64,000 bases of DNA, from the NCBI GenBank assembly GCA_010015805.1, contig ML978121.1, forward strand, positions 1,674,001 to 1,738,000, read 5' to 3'. Position 1 is the stretch's first letter. Every line of letters starts with the position of its first letter. Shown piece after piece: positions 49,000-62,883 of this stretch. The position numbers and the translations under genes are program-made. This stretch comes from Rhizodiscina lignyota (Eukaryota). Under the pieces are notes generated by a model. It did no database searches. It saw only the letters and a list, made by a program, of their open reading frames with translations, and was not told the origin of the DNA.

Positions 49000-51873
49000 A
49001 TGGCAACATCTTTTGAAGATGCGCTCCAGTATGTATTCATAAAATTGCCGGATCTGCTGTTCCTGACACAGCCTTAGGCGCTTCCAAACCATCGACGCAA
49101 GCCTTGCGGAACTATTCGCGACTCCAGAATCTCCCCATGCACATATCGCCACTACACTGAGCGAGTGAGTTCCGGGCCACCCTATTACGGCGCATTCGTT
49201 GACTCGTTTATCAGATACCGCCATGCTGGTCGCTCAGTTACCTACGCGAACTTCCACGAAGCGATTCGATTGAACGTGGAGGAACAAGTATGGCAGGCCC
49301 ACACCAAAGCCAACTCTCGTTACCGGAAGGATTTACAAGAGGTCGGTGGAAACTGAGTTATTGTGTTGAACTCACAGTGCTCACCCATTGCAGTTGAAAA
49401 GGAGGCCCCAGAACAGTGCTGTAGAAATACGCAAACTGTCCAAGGACTACCAAACCTTCCTCAAGTCTGCCCAGCGCTTTTATCGCTCAAACATCTGTGA
49501 GTTAGATATGCAGTACCACGGCGGCATTCCGGAGTTGCGCAAAGCTGCACGTAAAATGGATCCTGATGGTATGTTCTGTTACCGACTGAAGCGAAATCTA
49601 CTAACGTCCCTGGAGAAGCAGGATCAGGCTCAAGCAGTGGCAATCCGCCAGACGCAGATACTTGCAGGAAACTGGTCTTATCATGCTATCACTCTCTGAA
49701 TCACTTGGGTGACCTGTCTCGATATCGAGAAGCAGAAGCCAAGAAGGACCATCCAGACTGGCGTCCTGCGATTGGGTACTACAACCTTGCGATTGAAATT
49801 TACCCCTTTTCCGGCGTCTCTTACCATCAGCGAGCAATCATTGCACTTGCAGACTCCCATCACCTACGGACAGTGTACTATCTTTATCGTTCTCAGACGG
49901 TACATGATCCGTATGCTCTCGGGCCTCAAAATCTTGAGATAGAGTTCAAGAAGATCACGACGGCTTGGGAGAAAGGCGAGCCTATTAAGCAAGGACCATC
50001 GCGAGACGGCAACGCCTCAACTCATACCCTCGTCACGTGGTTTGTACGATTGCATAGCAAATGCCGCCTGGGTGAGGATTTTGCGGGCCACCGTGAACTC
50101 GAGGATGAGGTGCTTGGTCAGCTGGCTCAAGCAATCAAGCAGCAGTCACTCGATGATTTATTTCGACGATTGGTTCTGACCAACATCTCCGCTGAGTGGT
50201 ACACAGTGCAAAGGACGCAAGGTTTGTTTCTTCCTCCAGAATCTGCTCTAACTGTAGATTCCCTAACTGTTAAAATAGGGGATAAAACATCTACTGAGGT
50301 CATCAAGGCTTATCAGTTCTATCTTCGACTTAATATTCGCACTTTCACTACACTCCTCCAAGTCCTGCTAGACGAGCTCGAACTGCCTGTTAATGCTCGT
50401 AGCGATGACAAGCTTCCTGAAGTCAGTGTGATCGCTCGGCGTGCGCTCCCTGCTGTCAGACTGTACAGCTATTGGCTTTCTGAACAGGTTCAGGTGCTCT
50501 CAGCAAAAGTGGCATCACCATCAATTCGACAGCGTCTAGAGGAGATGTGGCGAGTGTACGGCGCGGTTCTCACCAAAGGAGTATCAACCATTCTTGATGG
50601 AGGTCTTCCTAACATCGACTACCTTTTTGAAGAGGACGCAGATATTATTGGTTTCCTTCCACTTGCCTCTGAAAGGACTCATAAGGCTTGGTACTCTAAG
50701 CAAGGAAATCTCAAACCTAGATTCAGCGACGAAGGCGTTGAGCTGCACCATCCGACAACAGAAGCTTTGATCAGACTGAAGGATTTAGTCCTTGGCGGAG
50801 TTGAACTTATATCGAAGGCACCTGGTGATCCCGAGCTGGAGGTGAGCCGTCCGTATCTTTGCATCACATACGTGATTGACCAGTTACAGCGAGTCCCTTT
50901 GGTGTATGATAAATATCGCTTCCACTACAAACCCGACTACGACCTAACCAAGAGCCTCGGGGGAGGCGCTCAGAAAGAGGCAAGTATGAAGAATGCCGAC
51001 ACCACAATGGAGGTTATGGAGAACGTTCCGCAGCCAGCCGAAAAGGTGACTGCCGCTCCTGTTCGTCAATTGAATGACCCGCTTGCTCGGACAACATCGA
51101 GAACTACGTCGGACTCCACGTCAGTCACAAAGGAGGTCTCGATGAATCACATGGTGGATACTCTTGTCAGAGACGACGAGGGTCTCGACCCTGTGCCCGA
51201 AGAAGAGCACAATCTTCCACTAACGCCACCTGCTAATTTCGACAACGTACCTATGGTTCGAAACGCTTCAAATACCATCACTCCTCTGACAGCCAGCGAT
51301 CTTGTGCAGCAAGTCCAAAACTGGGGCCAGTCAAAAAGCTCTCCCAACCCAGTTTATGCCCCTCAAGGCTCGACCATGTCGCCGTTTCTCAAGAACACAC
51401 CTTCGCCGCGACAACATCCCGACCCGTGGACACGTGCTCCTCCCAACTCTGGACCATCATCTCCATATCAGGCTGTTGCGCCATACTCAGTAAGATCTCC
51501 CGTGGCGAATGCCGTGACACCCAGTAACTCCTTGCACATTCGTGGGACTTCTCTGCAGCCTCTTCGGACAGACATGTACAATGAAACCTTGTCTACATCT
51601 CGTCCCTCCACGGCACGAACGATCACGCCTACGCTTCCTCGCTCGAACCAGTTCGAGGAGATTCGCCAGGTATGGGGCGTGACTCCCAACGTACCGACGG
51701 CAGAATGGGTGCGTATGCGACAGCCAAGATATGGAGAGCCGGGAGCGAATGCTATGAACAGCTCGATGCTATTCGGAAATGCTGGTGGCCCGTGGAGTGC
51801 GGGTCCTAGCAGGAGCAGTACCGACCAGGAACATGCGTGGAGTCCAATGAACGGCCAGGGAGGTAAAGGTTGA
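49000..51873 (+). CDS. EST1/SMG7/Ebs1-family TPR-like protein
   Basis: LNHLGDLSRYRE, AIGYYNLA...P..G..YHQRA, YYLYRS, NLEIEFKK; multi-exon reading from ATG 49000; disordered tail, no PIN domain evident. Confidence 0.87.
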
Positions 51874-52323
51874 AGTTCGGCATACGCCTTGACTCCACCA
51901 CTCATGCCCCAGTCATTTGCCTCTCCCACAAGGTCATACGTTGGAACTAGGCGAGTTAGTCACGTCGAATAATAATTCTCGAAGGGAGGTGGAAGCCCCG
52001 TCGTGTTCGACGGTCGGATCGCCCAGAACGCCACACGCTGGCTGGAAGTAGAGCCGCTCGCTATAACACGCATCACCAGAATGGCATATTTGCAAAAGGA
52101 GATTCAGAATGTGAAAGGGGAGACGAACGGAAGTGGAACCAGATTGAAATTCAATAAGTCTTTGTTTATCCTTCTTTCGTCGCTCAGATTGCTACTTGAA
52201 CCAGGGACACAGGGGAGGGTGTAATTCAGGAACTAGTTTAGAAACCACCAAAATTTTCGGAATGAAAGAAGAGTTCGATTTAAATGCGTGAATTCGGAGT
52301 CTAATTAATATTGTAACCTCAAA

Positions 52324-54186
52324 CTAGATAAGACGATCCCTGGGCCTGTCGCTGGGGTTGGAGAGATCTGCTGGCGTAGATACCTCCATCTCACTCACTC
52401 CATGATCTGCAGGCAACTCGTTCATCTCTGTATCAAGTTCCTGCGGAGAAAGTGGGCGATTCAGCACTCCGGAACCCGCCAATTCTGGTTTCTCGTACAT
52501 GGCAGCCTCATCTGGTGGTACACGGTTCCGCCTTCGAAGAAGGTAGCATGCAACACCTGCTATTAAAGCAAGGCCTGCAACTCCTCCTACGACCCCTCCA
52601 GCAATAGCGCCGGCTTGATTGGATGACGAGGGAGATGCTACCGAGGAGGCAGATGAAGAGGGAGATGAAGATGGCGTTGCACTTGAACTCGGTGCTGCCG
52701 CTCGCTTTGAGAAGATTGACTTCAAGTCTGTAGACTTCCAGCCAACTTCTGGCTCCGTAAGAGTCGCTTTTCCGCTACTGTCGCCGCCGATGACATCAGT
52801 GATTATACGAGGCACCGTATACGTTAAAGAAGCATCGATGGAATTTTTCCGAGTATACGTAGTCGTATCCAAGATCCTGAGTGGAGGTGACTTCGTTGCG
52901 CAGGTCACGTCGTCCCCAGACAAGTTATTTCTCGGATCTTTTGGTACCGTTCCTCCGAAAGCAATCATTTGAGAGTTCCTGTAGGTGGCGCATCTCTGAT
53001 TCATTCGCCCGATTCTAGCGTTCGGCGCTGTTTGATTAGCGTTTTGCTCTGCAACTTTAATCCAACGGAATGCAGGCACAGTGAGGACCCAGACATCGTT
53101 GTACCTCATGCTCGAGTTCCACTGGAAGCCGCCGTTAATGGTTATTTGGAAGGAGGAGAGGTCGGGAGCGGCAGACACCGCAGCACAGAGTTGGCGACGA
53201 GTTCCTGGCATGCTTCCAGAGGCGCTTGTCGCTAGTTGAACCTGCCAACTAGATGATGCTATGTCGAAGACCGAGATCTGCGACATCGGCATATCTTGTC
53301 CCTGTGGGAACGAATTTAACTGTATCATGCTGTCAGAACTTGGTTACCGACATCAGGATTGTAAACCCTCACGTCAAAGCCGCCCATGACCAACAACACG
53401 CCTTTTTCGCCTACGGGGACATACACCATCTCTGCTTCAGCAACAGAAGGTCCTGGTATACCCTCTAAGACACCTCCCCCAGATACATTCGTCCAGGTCA
53501 ACTGAGCTGGATTTGAATGGTCAAATATAATCAGTCCAGCCAGGCCAGCTCCAAAGCCGAACGATAGCCCTAGCTCCGGCAGGTTGACAGACATCTCAGC
53601 CCCCTCACCTTCGGGGAAGTGAACACCATTGGCATTTACAGTAGAGGAACTCCAAGTACTGGTGCTTGTATTAAACGTCGACAGTGTGTTGGACGCTGTG
53701 GTTGGGGTGAAGAGAGTATCGTTGGAACTCCAGAGCAGAGGGATGCGATTGAGCGCCGCTCCCTTTACCTCGCTCTCAGTTTGCGAAGGGAGTCCATATT
53801 GCTGAAGAACACTGGCCGGGACGTACGAATTCACTGGTGTACTGCTGTTGAGAACAAGAGACCAAAGATTTGAAACTGTCTATCATCAGTGTTGACGATA
53901 AATGTATATTCGAGCAAGGCTGACATCGAGTGTTCTGGTCGCCGCCTGCGAAAGTGTAAGTTCCGTATGTAAAGTACAGGTGATCGTCAACGAGTGCGAC
54001 TGTGTCTTATGAGCTCATAGCCTTCAAAGATTCTTGCATTTACTTGCTCCTGTGACCGTTCACGAAACAGAGGTCGCCAGTGATGGTGGCTCGATTCGAC
54101 AGTTGCTCGACCGCAGCAAATCTCCCTGGAGAACAATGAACAAGAGAGATGGATGCGAGAATTGAGAGAAAGACGACGAAGTGCAT
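52324..54186 (-). CDS. Kelch-repeat-type single-pass membrane / cell-wall protein
   Basis: Signal peptide, MVYVPVGEKGVLLVMGG, DVWVLTVPAFRWI, Ser-rich stalk, AIAGGVVGGVAGLAL TM, RRR stop-transfer; three introns, first GC-AG. Confidence 0.85.
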
Positions 54187-54806
54187 CTTCCGTTGCACGA
54201 TGGAAACATTTGAGGCGATAATAAGAATCACAATGGGGAGGGTTACAGCCGCAAAGACTGTTTAGTATACATACCTTTATTACCTGAGGCTTGCAGGCTG
54301 TGTCGAAGGAGCGCGCTGCATATTGCTACCTATTGATGGTGCGGATCCCTACCGCATGTGCTTTGCAAAACAGGGCTTAGGTCGATGCTTGCTCAAGACT
54401 CTCACTCTCGACGAAGAGAAATGAGAAATGAACTGCCATGAAGTTCGGCGACATTCAACGCAATTCAGCGCCTCCCCCTAACTCGAGCTGTGGAGAGGTA
54501 CCCACTACCTCTACATTGCGATTGATCTATTGGTCGAGAGGCATCTGTGCACAGCCACCCGTTTTTAGCGCAAAGCGAATGTCGCCGAAAGCGAATTTCC
54601 TGGTAGGTAAAGCGGTCTTTGAGGACTAGCCTCTCATGTTGAATACAGAGTTGCCAACTCTCTAAAAGGTATCCCTACTTTTGTTTCCGTTGAACTCCAA
54701 AGCCATGCATCTCGTGGCGGATGTCGTTGAGGGCATCTTCCCGTTCATTCATCATCATCGTCCTCGGCATCCACGAGTCTACTTAATTTAAGAAACCGTG
54801 ATCTAC

Positions 54807-56011
54807 TTACGCATACGTCTGTTTTGGAAACGGATACGACGGGCCCAGCTCTTGAATACTCAACTTCGCCAGCCACTGGCCCATGCCAACGCAGGTCTCG
54901 AGAGGCTTTCCCATCACGATTCCTGCTACAAATCCGCCCGCAAAAGCATCTCCAGCGCCGTTTGTGTCGTTGATCTTGTCCGTCCCGATCGCAGGCACAG
55001 GGAACTGCTTCACTTCACTTTCACCTTCCACAGCGACGACCGTTGCGTCAGTGCCTTGTGTGATGATAACTGTACGCTTCCTCTTCGTGTTCTTCTTTGG
55101 AATGCTGGCCATCGCTTTGGCAATCTCTGGGATCGACTTTGTGTTGATGTTGTGACCTTCGGCATAGGATAGTGCCTCAGTCTCGTTGCCGATTACGTAG
55201 TCCCAATATGGTGAGGTCTGGTCAAGCTGGTCTTTGAAGAATTGGGGGATGAATGGTGCGGAGAGAGACAGGATGAAGATCTGGAGAAATCAAGTTAGCG
55301 GCCTTCCCATACGCGACGCTGCTGGTATGAACATGCCTTGTCCTTTGCAGCAGCCTCCTCTGCTAGCGCCATTACAGCAGGGACGCAAACGGTCAAATGG
55401 TATCCGCCCACGTAGAATACTTTTGCCTGCTCAACCAAGCTCCATATTTCCGGCTGCTTCAGATGGTCAATCTTGTAGCAGTTCGCTGCCGCCAGATCTG
55501 TGCACATGCTTCTGTCGTGCCCAGTGATTACTACACCACATCGTCCCGTCGGCTGTTCCTCATCGTAGCGATATTCCACACGAAGTCCGGCTTTCGCGCA
55601 GGCTTCCTGGAGGGTTTCGGCATACTTGTCTTTGCCAACACAGCCAATATAGATCACAGAGTCGGGAGGGAGCATATACTGAACAATTGACATCGTCGTT
55701 AGTATTCTGATCTAGCTTTGAGTTTGTGATGTGAATTACCTGTGCGCCTCTCGCAGTATTTTGTGCTGCTCCGCCAGCGATGAGCTTCGCATCGTGGTTC
55801 TGTAGCAAGTCCTCATAGAGTCCCATGTGCTTTTGCTCAGCCAGGATGGCATCGTTGGGCTTCAAGCCATACTTCCCCAGGAGGGAAGCATCACTATTGA
55901 GAGCGTCAGCAGATGGAGAGGGGCTGCTACGAACATCAATTCTTACCCGACACCTTGGATGTCCAACAATGGATTCTCTAGGCAAAGAAGCTCGAAGTTT
56001 CCTTTCGACAT
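54807..56011 (-). CDS. ADO1: Adenosine kinase
   Basis: LLCLENPLLDIQG, AGGAAQNTARG, DTNGAGDAFAGGF; three introns. Confidence 0.96.
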
Positions 56012-56304
56012 GGCGACTGTTGTTGAGATTGGTCAAGCTACAAACGAGCCACCTAGGTGGGCTTTGAAATTAGTGCCCAGTGACGTCGGCAGTTTCGGTA
56101 GAGTACGCCGACTTGCTATGATTGGCCAGGAGTGTTTTATACAAACTTCTGCACGAACTGGCCCAGATGCTCGCGTTCAAAAACTTCATTACAGCAGCCA
56201 CGATCTCAATTGGCCCCCGAAACCGCGCAGTCTACGTTATTCTTTCTCATTGACTCAGAAAACGCAAAAATTCGACGCGTCCGAGACGCACGCTTCCTGC
56301 AAAC

Positions 56305-57131
56305 ATGGCCTACAACGCGACGAGCATGCCGTACCCACCACACCCATACTATCCCCTGGAGGTCCAGATAGCAGGCTATCTTGCTAATGAATGGAGCGTT
56401 CCGACGCTCCTTGCAATATTCTCCGCTGGCTGCGCGTCGATATTCTTCATCACGTACCTCATCGTGTCCCAGGTTAGGCAGAACTTGCCTACCTCGGAAC
56501 TGCTAACTGTCCTGTGGTTCGTCCTGTCCGGATGCATACACTTCTTCTTCGAAGGGTACTACGTCTATAACTTCAAGTCCATGGGCGGATTGCAGGATCT
56601 CTTCGGCCAGTTGTGGAAGGAGTACGCATTATCAGACTCCCGATACCTCACGCTGGATCCGTTCGTACTGTGCATGGAGACCATTACGGCTGTTAGTAAC
56701 ATTATTATGCTACGTTGAGCCTGTGCTAATCCACTATTAGGTATTTTGGGGACCGCTGTCACTCACAGTAGCACACATGATCACAACCGAGCATCCACTC
56801 CGACATCCGTTCCAAATCATCGTCTCCCTTGGCCAGCTCTACGGAGATGTTCTTTACTTCGCGACCAGCATGTTCGACCATTTCATCGCGGACAAGCAAT
56901 ACTCGAGACCGGAAGCTTACTATTTTTGGTGCTACTATGTGCTCATGAATGCTTTCTGGATCGTCTTCCCAATCTGTAAATCTCCGTTGATCCTGTTTTT
57001 GGTACATATTTACTAATTCGATATCAGTACTTATCATTAGTAGCGTCCGCACTTGTGGGAGAGCATTTGCGGCTTTGAACAAGATGGGAAGGGCCTTGAA
57101 CACCAACGGCGCGTTGAAGAAAGAGCTGTAG
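56305..57131 (+). CDS. Emopamil-binding protein / sterol delta8-delta7 isomerase (EXPERA)
   Basis: HPYYP, IHFFFEG, LWKEYALSDSRY, METIT, QLYGD, MNAFWI; two introns. Confidence 0.93.
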
Positions 57132-57653
57132 CGGATAGGGAATCAAGTAGAATCGCATACCGAAGATGCGCGCCGTACAGCTTGTATGATATGGATACGT
57201 GTAGTGATCATCTGCAGTTCTATGAGCGCTTCATCTCTCGCACTCTTGTCCACCTTTCCTCCCCTCGCTCATACCTTCTTTCTGCAATATTTTCTTCTCA
57301 CCTTCGTGTGGAGAATACACACTCCTGTCCACCTTTATATTTTCCAACAAACCCGCTTCAAAGTTCTGTAGCATTCCGACGAGCTGTTGCACGAGCGCAC
57401 TCAGACAATCGGCAACCTCCACCCACTCACCTCACCCTAGCGGCATCAATAATTTCGTCTTACTCTCGATACGGGCAGCATTATCCTGTGTATGTTCGTT
57501 TACGCCACTTGCTCAAGCCTCCTCCTAGTATATTGCCTTTGCTCGGTGCTCTGGGTCCTCGAACTGTTCGACTGGCAAGCAGATGTGAAACCTTGCTTCC
57601 CCTGGAAGAAGTTCAATTCCAGCTCTTCATGGATTTCCTTAGACTGACGAGGG

Positions 57654-59948
57654 TCATAGACTCAACGAATCTTGGACCGAGTCACAGAGAAAGGTCATGT
57701 CGTCCCCTTGGTCTTTTCCGAAGACGCTAGATGGAAGCGTTCCATCGACATGACGTTCCCGGGCTTTCTTTGCCAGATTCAACTTCACTGCCTTGAATTG
57801 ACGGAAGGAGGACTGCTCTGAAGAATGTTGAGAGGGGGCTATCACAACCCTGGTAGCGCCGCTTAATACCCCCGGATCGGTATTATCGTGTCCCCCTGTA
57901 CTCGAGCTTTGCCTCTCCAGCGGAGGTAGATGAGAAGGCTCGTTAGCCACTGCATGATAGCACGCATTGTCGCTATACTCTTGAAAAGACTCAGCTAGCC
58001 GAGTCGGCCCTGATTCTTTTTGTGCCTTGACGAAAATGTCAAGAAACATACGCGCCACCTCCTCGTCGGGAGCTCTCCTCAAAACGGCGGCGCCTTCATC
58101 GACGCAGAGGAAACAAGGTCTCCGCGAAGAGTTGCCATCGACCCAGAAGGGGGGGTCATGCAGGGACGAATGTGACAATACGTTACTGCTTCTGATGCAG
58201 CCTGAAGGCACGTGCGTGTGCGTGGTGAAACCTGACATGGTCTCGTCTCGTCTCGGAGTGTCAAGAAGCTTTGCAGAAAAAATCATTTTCGTGACAGTAT
58301 AGAGCACCTCACATGAGGATATACCCATGAGTTTCTCGGCCTTGGTGGTCCATAGAGGATGATAAGCGGTGCGACCCGTCTTGGATGCTTGCCAATGCCC
58401 CCATAGAAGCTTGAAGACAAGGTCCTCGCTGGTTTTAAGGTCCAAGTCCCCCTTTCCATATGGTATCCAACATTCAGAGTCAAACAAACCCAGTGTCTTG
58501 GGTAGATGGAGGTTTTCCGAGCACCAACTGATACAGGACCGAAGACATGGATTCCTCAGAAGACCAGCATCAATTTCGAATGGGCCAGGCTTTCGGTAAA
58601 GGAGACGGCCTTGAATCGCTTTGAATCGATGTTCAAGTCGATAAGACTCGAAATCTGATGATGTATCTACTGCGCTGTTTTTCTCACAGTCCAGAACGAG
58701 GAAAGCATACGAGCAGAGGTCGAAACACCGGTGCTCCATGGGCAAGAACGCAACGAATGAATATACGGAAGCCTCAGCCTCTGACACGATGTTGGCAGCG
58801 GCAGCCGCAAAAGGCTCTCCTCCGACATACTGTCCCATGCGACGGTACAAGGCACCTAGAAGCTTGTACACGATATATTTTTCCATTGGCACATTGCGGT
58901 CCTGTATGTCTTGGAGCCAGTCCCACAGCAAGGCCTGAACAATCTCGAGCTGAGTCTTCTCGGTAGCGACTCTTGCACATGCCATTGTTATCCAGGTCAG
59001 CATCCAATCCGGGCTCCTTTTTGTGCTTCTCAAATACTTGAGGATCATGGTGTAGACCACAAAAGCTTCGGCCAGCTGAGACGTTGCGTGGAGGAAGTCC
59101 GCCGTCGATTTCATGTTCCGTATATCAGCGATGGTGAAACTGTCATGAGGATGCGAGACATCGCAAGTGGTCACCAACGTATGTGCCACGGCATAATGAG
59201 AGAAGGGGCCTTGCTCTTTTGTCCATGTTTCAAAGTCTTCCACGATATCATCGGCACTGCTAAGGCGCTGCAGACGAGGCAGCTGCAGTTCGTCTCCAAA
59301 GCTCAAGCGAAGAGCCAGTCTTGTCTCATCCGCAACAGCAGAAGGTAACGTTGGCTTCACGATCTTCATAGATTTACCTCCGGGGCAAGCAGATGGTGAG
59401 CTGAATGTGCTGGGCAAGCTGCGCTTAGATTGTACAGCCTCAGAACTTCCCAGGTGTGTCGTATTCTTGCTTTCAAGGCTCCCGTACTCAAGTAATCGTG
59501 TGAGGGTTTCATTCGCTTTAGATGAAGCTTCATCTTTGATGAGAGCGGATTTGCATTCGATGGAGCCAGCTGGGCCCTCTTCACCGTATTTCCGCACATT
59601 CCACTTATTAAATCGCGATACGTATTGTCGCTTACTGTGAAATGTAGAGATTAGCTTTCCAATGTCTCAAATTTCTGTATCAACAGAGTCGGAACGGGAA
59701 TTGGGTTGAGCCTACGAGGCAGTGAACGAGTATTTGGTCTTCATGTACGCCATCACTTCTCGCAACGTCGTGTGCTGGTATCGATCGCAAAGCTCGTCTT
59801 TGTGCTTTTCCCACTCTCCATCCGGGACTGGCTTCGCACGCCATCTGACCTTCTGATCAATCCATTTGAAAGACTCTCCAATTGAATTTGTTCTCCTGCT
59901 TCTCAAAGAACTGTGACAATCATCGGAAGATGTTGGCATTGCTTGCAT
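57654..59948 (-). CDS. Clr5-domain protein
   Basis: EWEKHKDEL..Y...TLREVMAYM..KYSFTAS|KRQY..RF.KWNVRKY across intron 59635-59715; helical C-terminal region of unknown family. Confidence 0.85.
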
Positions 59949-61298
59949 GATGAAGGTACTCGTCCGCGCTGCCGTTAAGCAAAAGGTGAACTAGAGTTGG
60001 AAAGCTGGTTAATACATAACCGTCCCAAGAATCGGAACCACGTCTAGAATATACTTTAGTCACCTCGAAATGGGCTATTTGACTGATATTTGCAAGTCAG
60101 ACGAGAAAGGCCCCTTAAAGTCTGTGGCAGCAATTGCAATTACTCTTTTAGGCCTAGCTAAATCCCTTTTCGTAGCTTTGAAATTTCTCCACTGTCGTTG
60201 TTGCTCTTTCAATGGCTAAGGAGGCCACCAACTTTCGCAACGATACCGGCGTACACTACTCTTGAGACTTACAGTTCTAATGAACTTTGCCGATGTAGTA
60301 AAATATCTCATGACCTTCGAGGCTATCTAGCAGGGCGACAAGATAGCAAGCTACCGAGCGCTGCAGTGCCCAAGGACGAGCAGCTGTCACATTTCATAGT
60401 AAGTCAGACTTTCATTGAACCCATGGTTCTACGTACTTTGAAGTTCGTATAAAGAGAGCACGCCACTAGAGGCCCCTATGCTTTATTGGTTGAAGAGGCT
60501 ATCATCGTAGCCGTGCATGTCTCGGAAGCTCCGAGCCAAACTTTTTGTCACTTTGCGAAGACCCTGCAGGACACGATAGAACTGGAGGAATATGCTGAAT
60601 AATGAAAATGGATGTCGGCAGAGGCGAAATGCTGGAAGTCCCATCCGGCTCCCGTGGGGTAACCATCGACAATCGACTTGAATCAGTGCATTGTTCCTTA
60701 TCCCAATGTGACACCCCGGCTTTTGAGTCGCAGCCAGCAGTGGCAGTCAGCCAATCGTCACGACGGAGGCGCACCCGGGAGGCTATTGTGATTTGTCAAT
60801 AGTTAGCAAGTGGTATACATGGGCTGCCTGACAATGCGGTGAACTTGATTGCGGATTAGAAGTCTTAAAAAGCTGGCTGATAGCGGTCCACGTTCACGAC
60901 GATCCTTGCCTACTTTCCGGAGCCAAACTCCGATCAATCAACGGAGTCGACTCCGCTCCACTTGTTCCCATTTTATTACCTTGGAATGGACAGGGTCTTG
61001 ACATGACGACGGTTACATAAAAGTGGATGTCGGCAAGCCGCCTCTGCTTTTTTAAGGTGCTTTGATATTCCCTTAGTCCGTTTGCTCCCGTTCCGCCTCA
61101 CGCATGCTCTACGCCTTTCCCTCCCTCCCAACACTAGGTTCGCAGATACTGTACATCTCCAGATCGTTTCACAATTGAAATCATCTTCAACCTATTAATG
61201 GTTTCTTCAGCCCTCTAAGCAATCCTATAAAGCCAGAGCTAAATACTTAGTGTCCATTGTAGAATTCCCACGGTCTAGATCCGATCATCGATGAAAAG

Positions 61299-62123
61299 AT
61301 GGCGGTAAGTCGATGGGAGTTTCCCTGATACGTCTCCTTAGTTCTGTACAGAAGCTCAACCTTGGATGTCCGCGTTCAGTGAATAGCGTTGTATAGAGAA
61401 AGTCTAACGGCAAAGCAGCCCGGCCATATACAGCACTGGCTGTCCGGTGCCAATGATGCAGTTCACGAGCACGCAACGATAGACCCAAACCTTTCTATAT
61501 TTCAAGGCCATCCAGAGGCTTCGGTCCAAGGAGAGCCATGGCCAAGCATCGCAGACGACTGCCGCCAAAGACCACCAAATATGGAGGAACTCCGCGAGCC
61601 TCATAAAGCAGCACAACGGAGAACGTCAAGATCCAAGAGAGGGTCAGGAGGACGAAGAGACAGTAAATCTTCAGACACGTCGAGGAAGTCCAGAGCGACA
61701 GTGAAGAAGGAAGGCGATCCGAACGACGGGGGCTTGGACACAAAACAAAAGCGTGAACTTGATTTGTGGAAGAATAGACAAGCTGCAGCAAGATGCAGAC
61801 AAAAGCAGAAGGAAAAGACAGACGAGCTTCAGGCTCACGCACGCCAGCTGGCGGCCGAGAATGCAATGTTGAAGGAGTCCGCAACCACGCTCAAGTCCCA
61901 GCTCTTAGATCTCAAGACTGAAGGCTTGAAGCACACGGATTGTGATTGTGACGGTATCCGCCGATTCCTTATCCAGGGTCTGGACACTCTACCGCCGAGC
62001 TCATTGACGGATGATTTCGAACCGAACATGTTGGTCCCTGTGGGTTTCGATTTGGACCGAGCCTTTCGGCAGCAGAGTTGCCAGCTAGGCAAGGTTGACG
62101 ATGAATATGAAGAAGCTATCTAA
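61299..62123 (+). CDS. bZIP transcription factor (ATF/CREB-like)
   Basis: KNRQAAARCRQKQK basic region, leucine zipper, HTDCDC..I; MA micro-exon then intron 61305-61418 in frame. Confidence 0.88.
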
Positions 62124-62535
62124 CGTAGAAAGATCGAGGAGGAAGATGTGTTCTTTTCTCTTTCTGGCTTTACGTGATATCTTTTGGTTCGGCACAAACG
62201 AGTCATTACTCTGGACTGTTCAATCAGCCCATCAATCGAGCACACAGTCAACGGCCGAAGCTCTGGAGCGTTCTGACTCGAGCATAGAGAGCCGATTACT
62301 GCTCCACCTCTTCAAGGATTTATGGCAGACGGTATATAAAACAGTGGGCTTCTCCTGGTGGAGACTCATGGCCGCCGGCCAAGCTATTGATATAGCATCG
62401 GTGATGGTTTGTTGAATGGACCACACAGGCTGAGCGCGTTCAGCATGCTGGAGGCCGTCGACATGTTGAAAGTTGTTATTATGCAACACTGATCTAGCAA
62501 CATACCTAGCGCTGACAATTGTTTGAGGCTATCTC

Positions 62536-62726
62536 CACGTGCTCTTATGTTATGGATGCGCGTCACGATAGTCATGGCGCATGCGAAATCTCGTACCTGA
62601 GCCAGGTACCTGAATATCGGCAGCGTAGCGGGGCTCGGAACCCGCCAATCCCCCGTCGCGAGAGCCTCACGTTCCACGCGCCGGGGACCTTCCCACCTTC
62701 CTGATTGCAGTCTATCCCACAACGTG
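62536..62726. promoter_or_regulatory. Candidate PHO-regulon (Pho4/NUC-1 type) boxes upstream of acid phosphatase
   Basis: CACGTG 62536, CACGTT 62668, AACGTG 62721. Confidence 0.45.
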
Positions 62727-62883
62727 CATCTGTCGTTCACGATGCATCGTCCACCATCGCGGTACGATTACCCAGAAAGCGGGCACATATAAGCCAGCGA
62801 TGCGCCATGGCTCCGACATCTTCGCCCTCATCCTCTTCGTTGGAGTTGCCTTTGTCCTGTTTACCAGCTTCACGGATCTTCCA

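Noticed and set aside
57053..57730. 225-aa ORF between EBP and the Clr5 gene
   Set aside because: Non-ATG start, overlaps both 3' ends, no protein-like motifs
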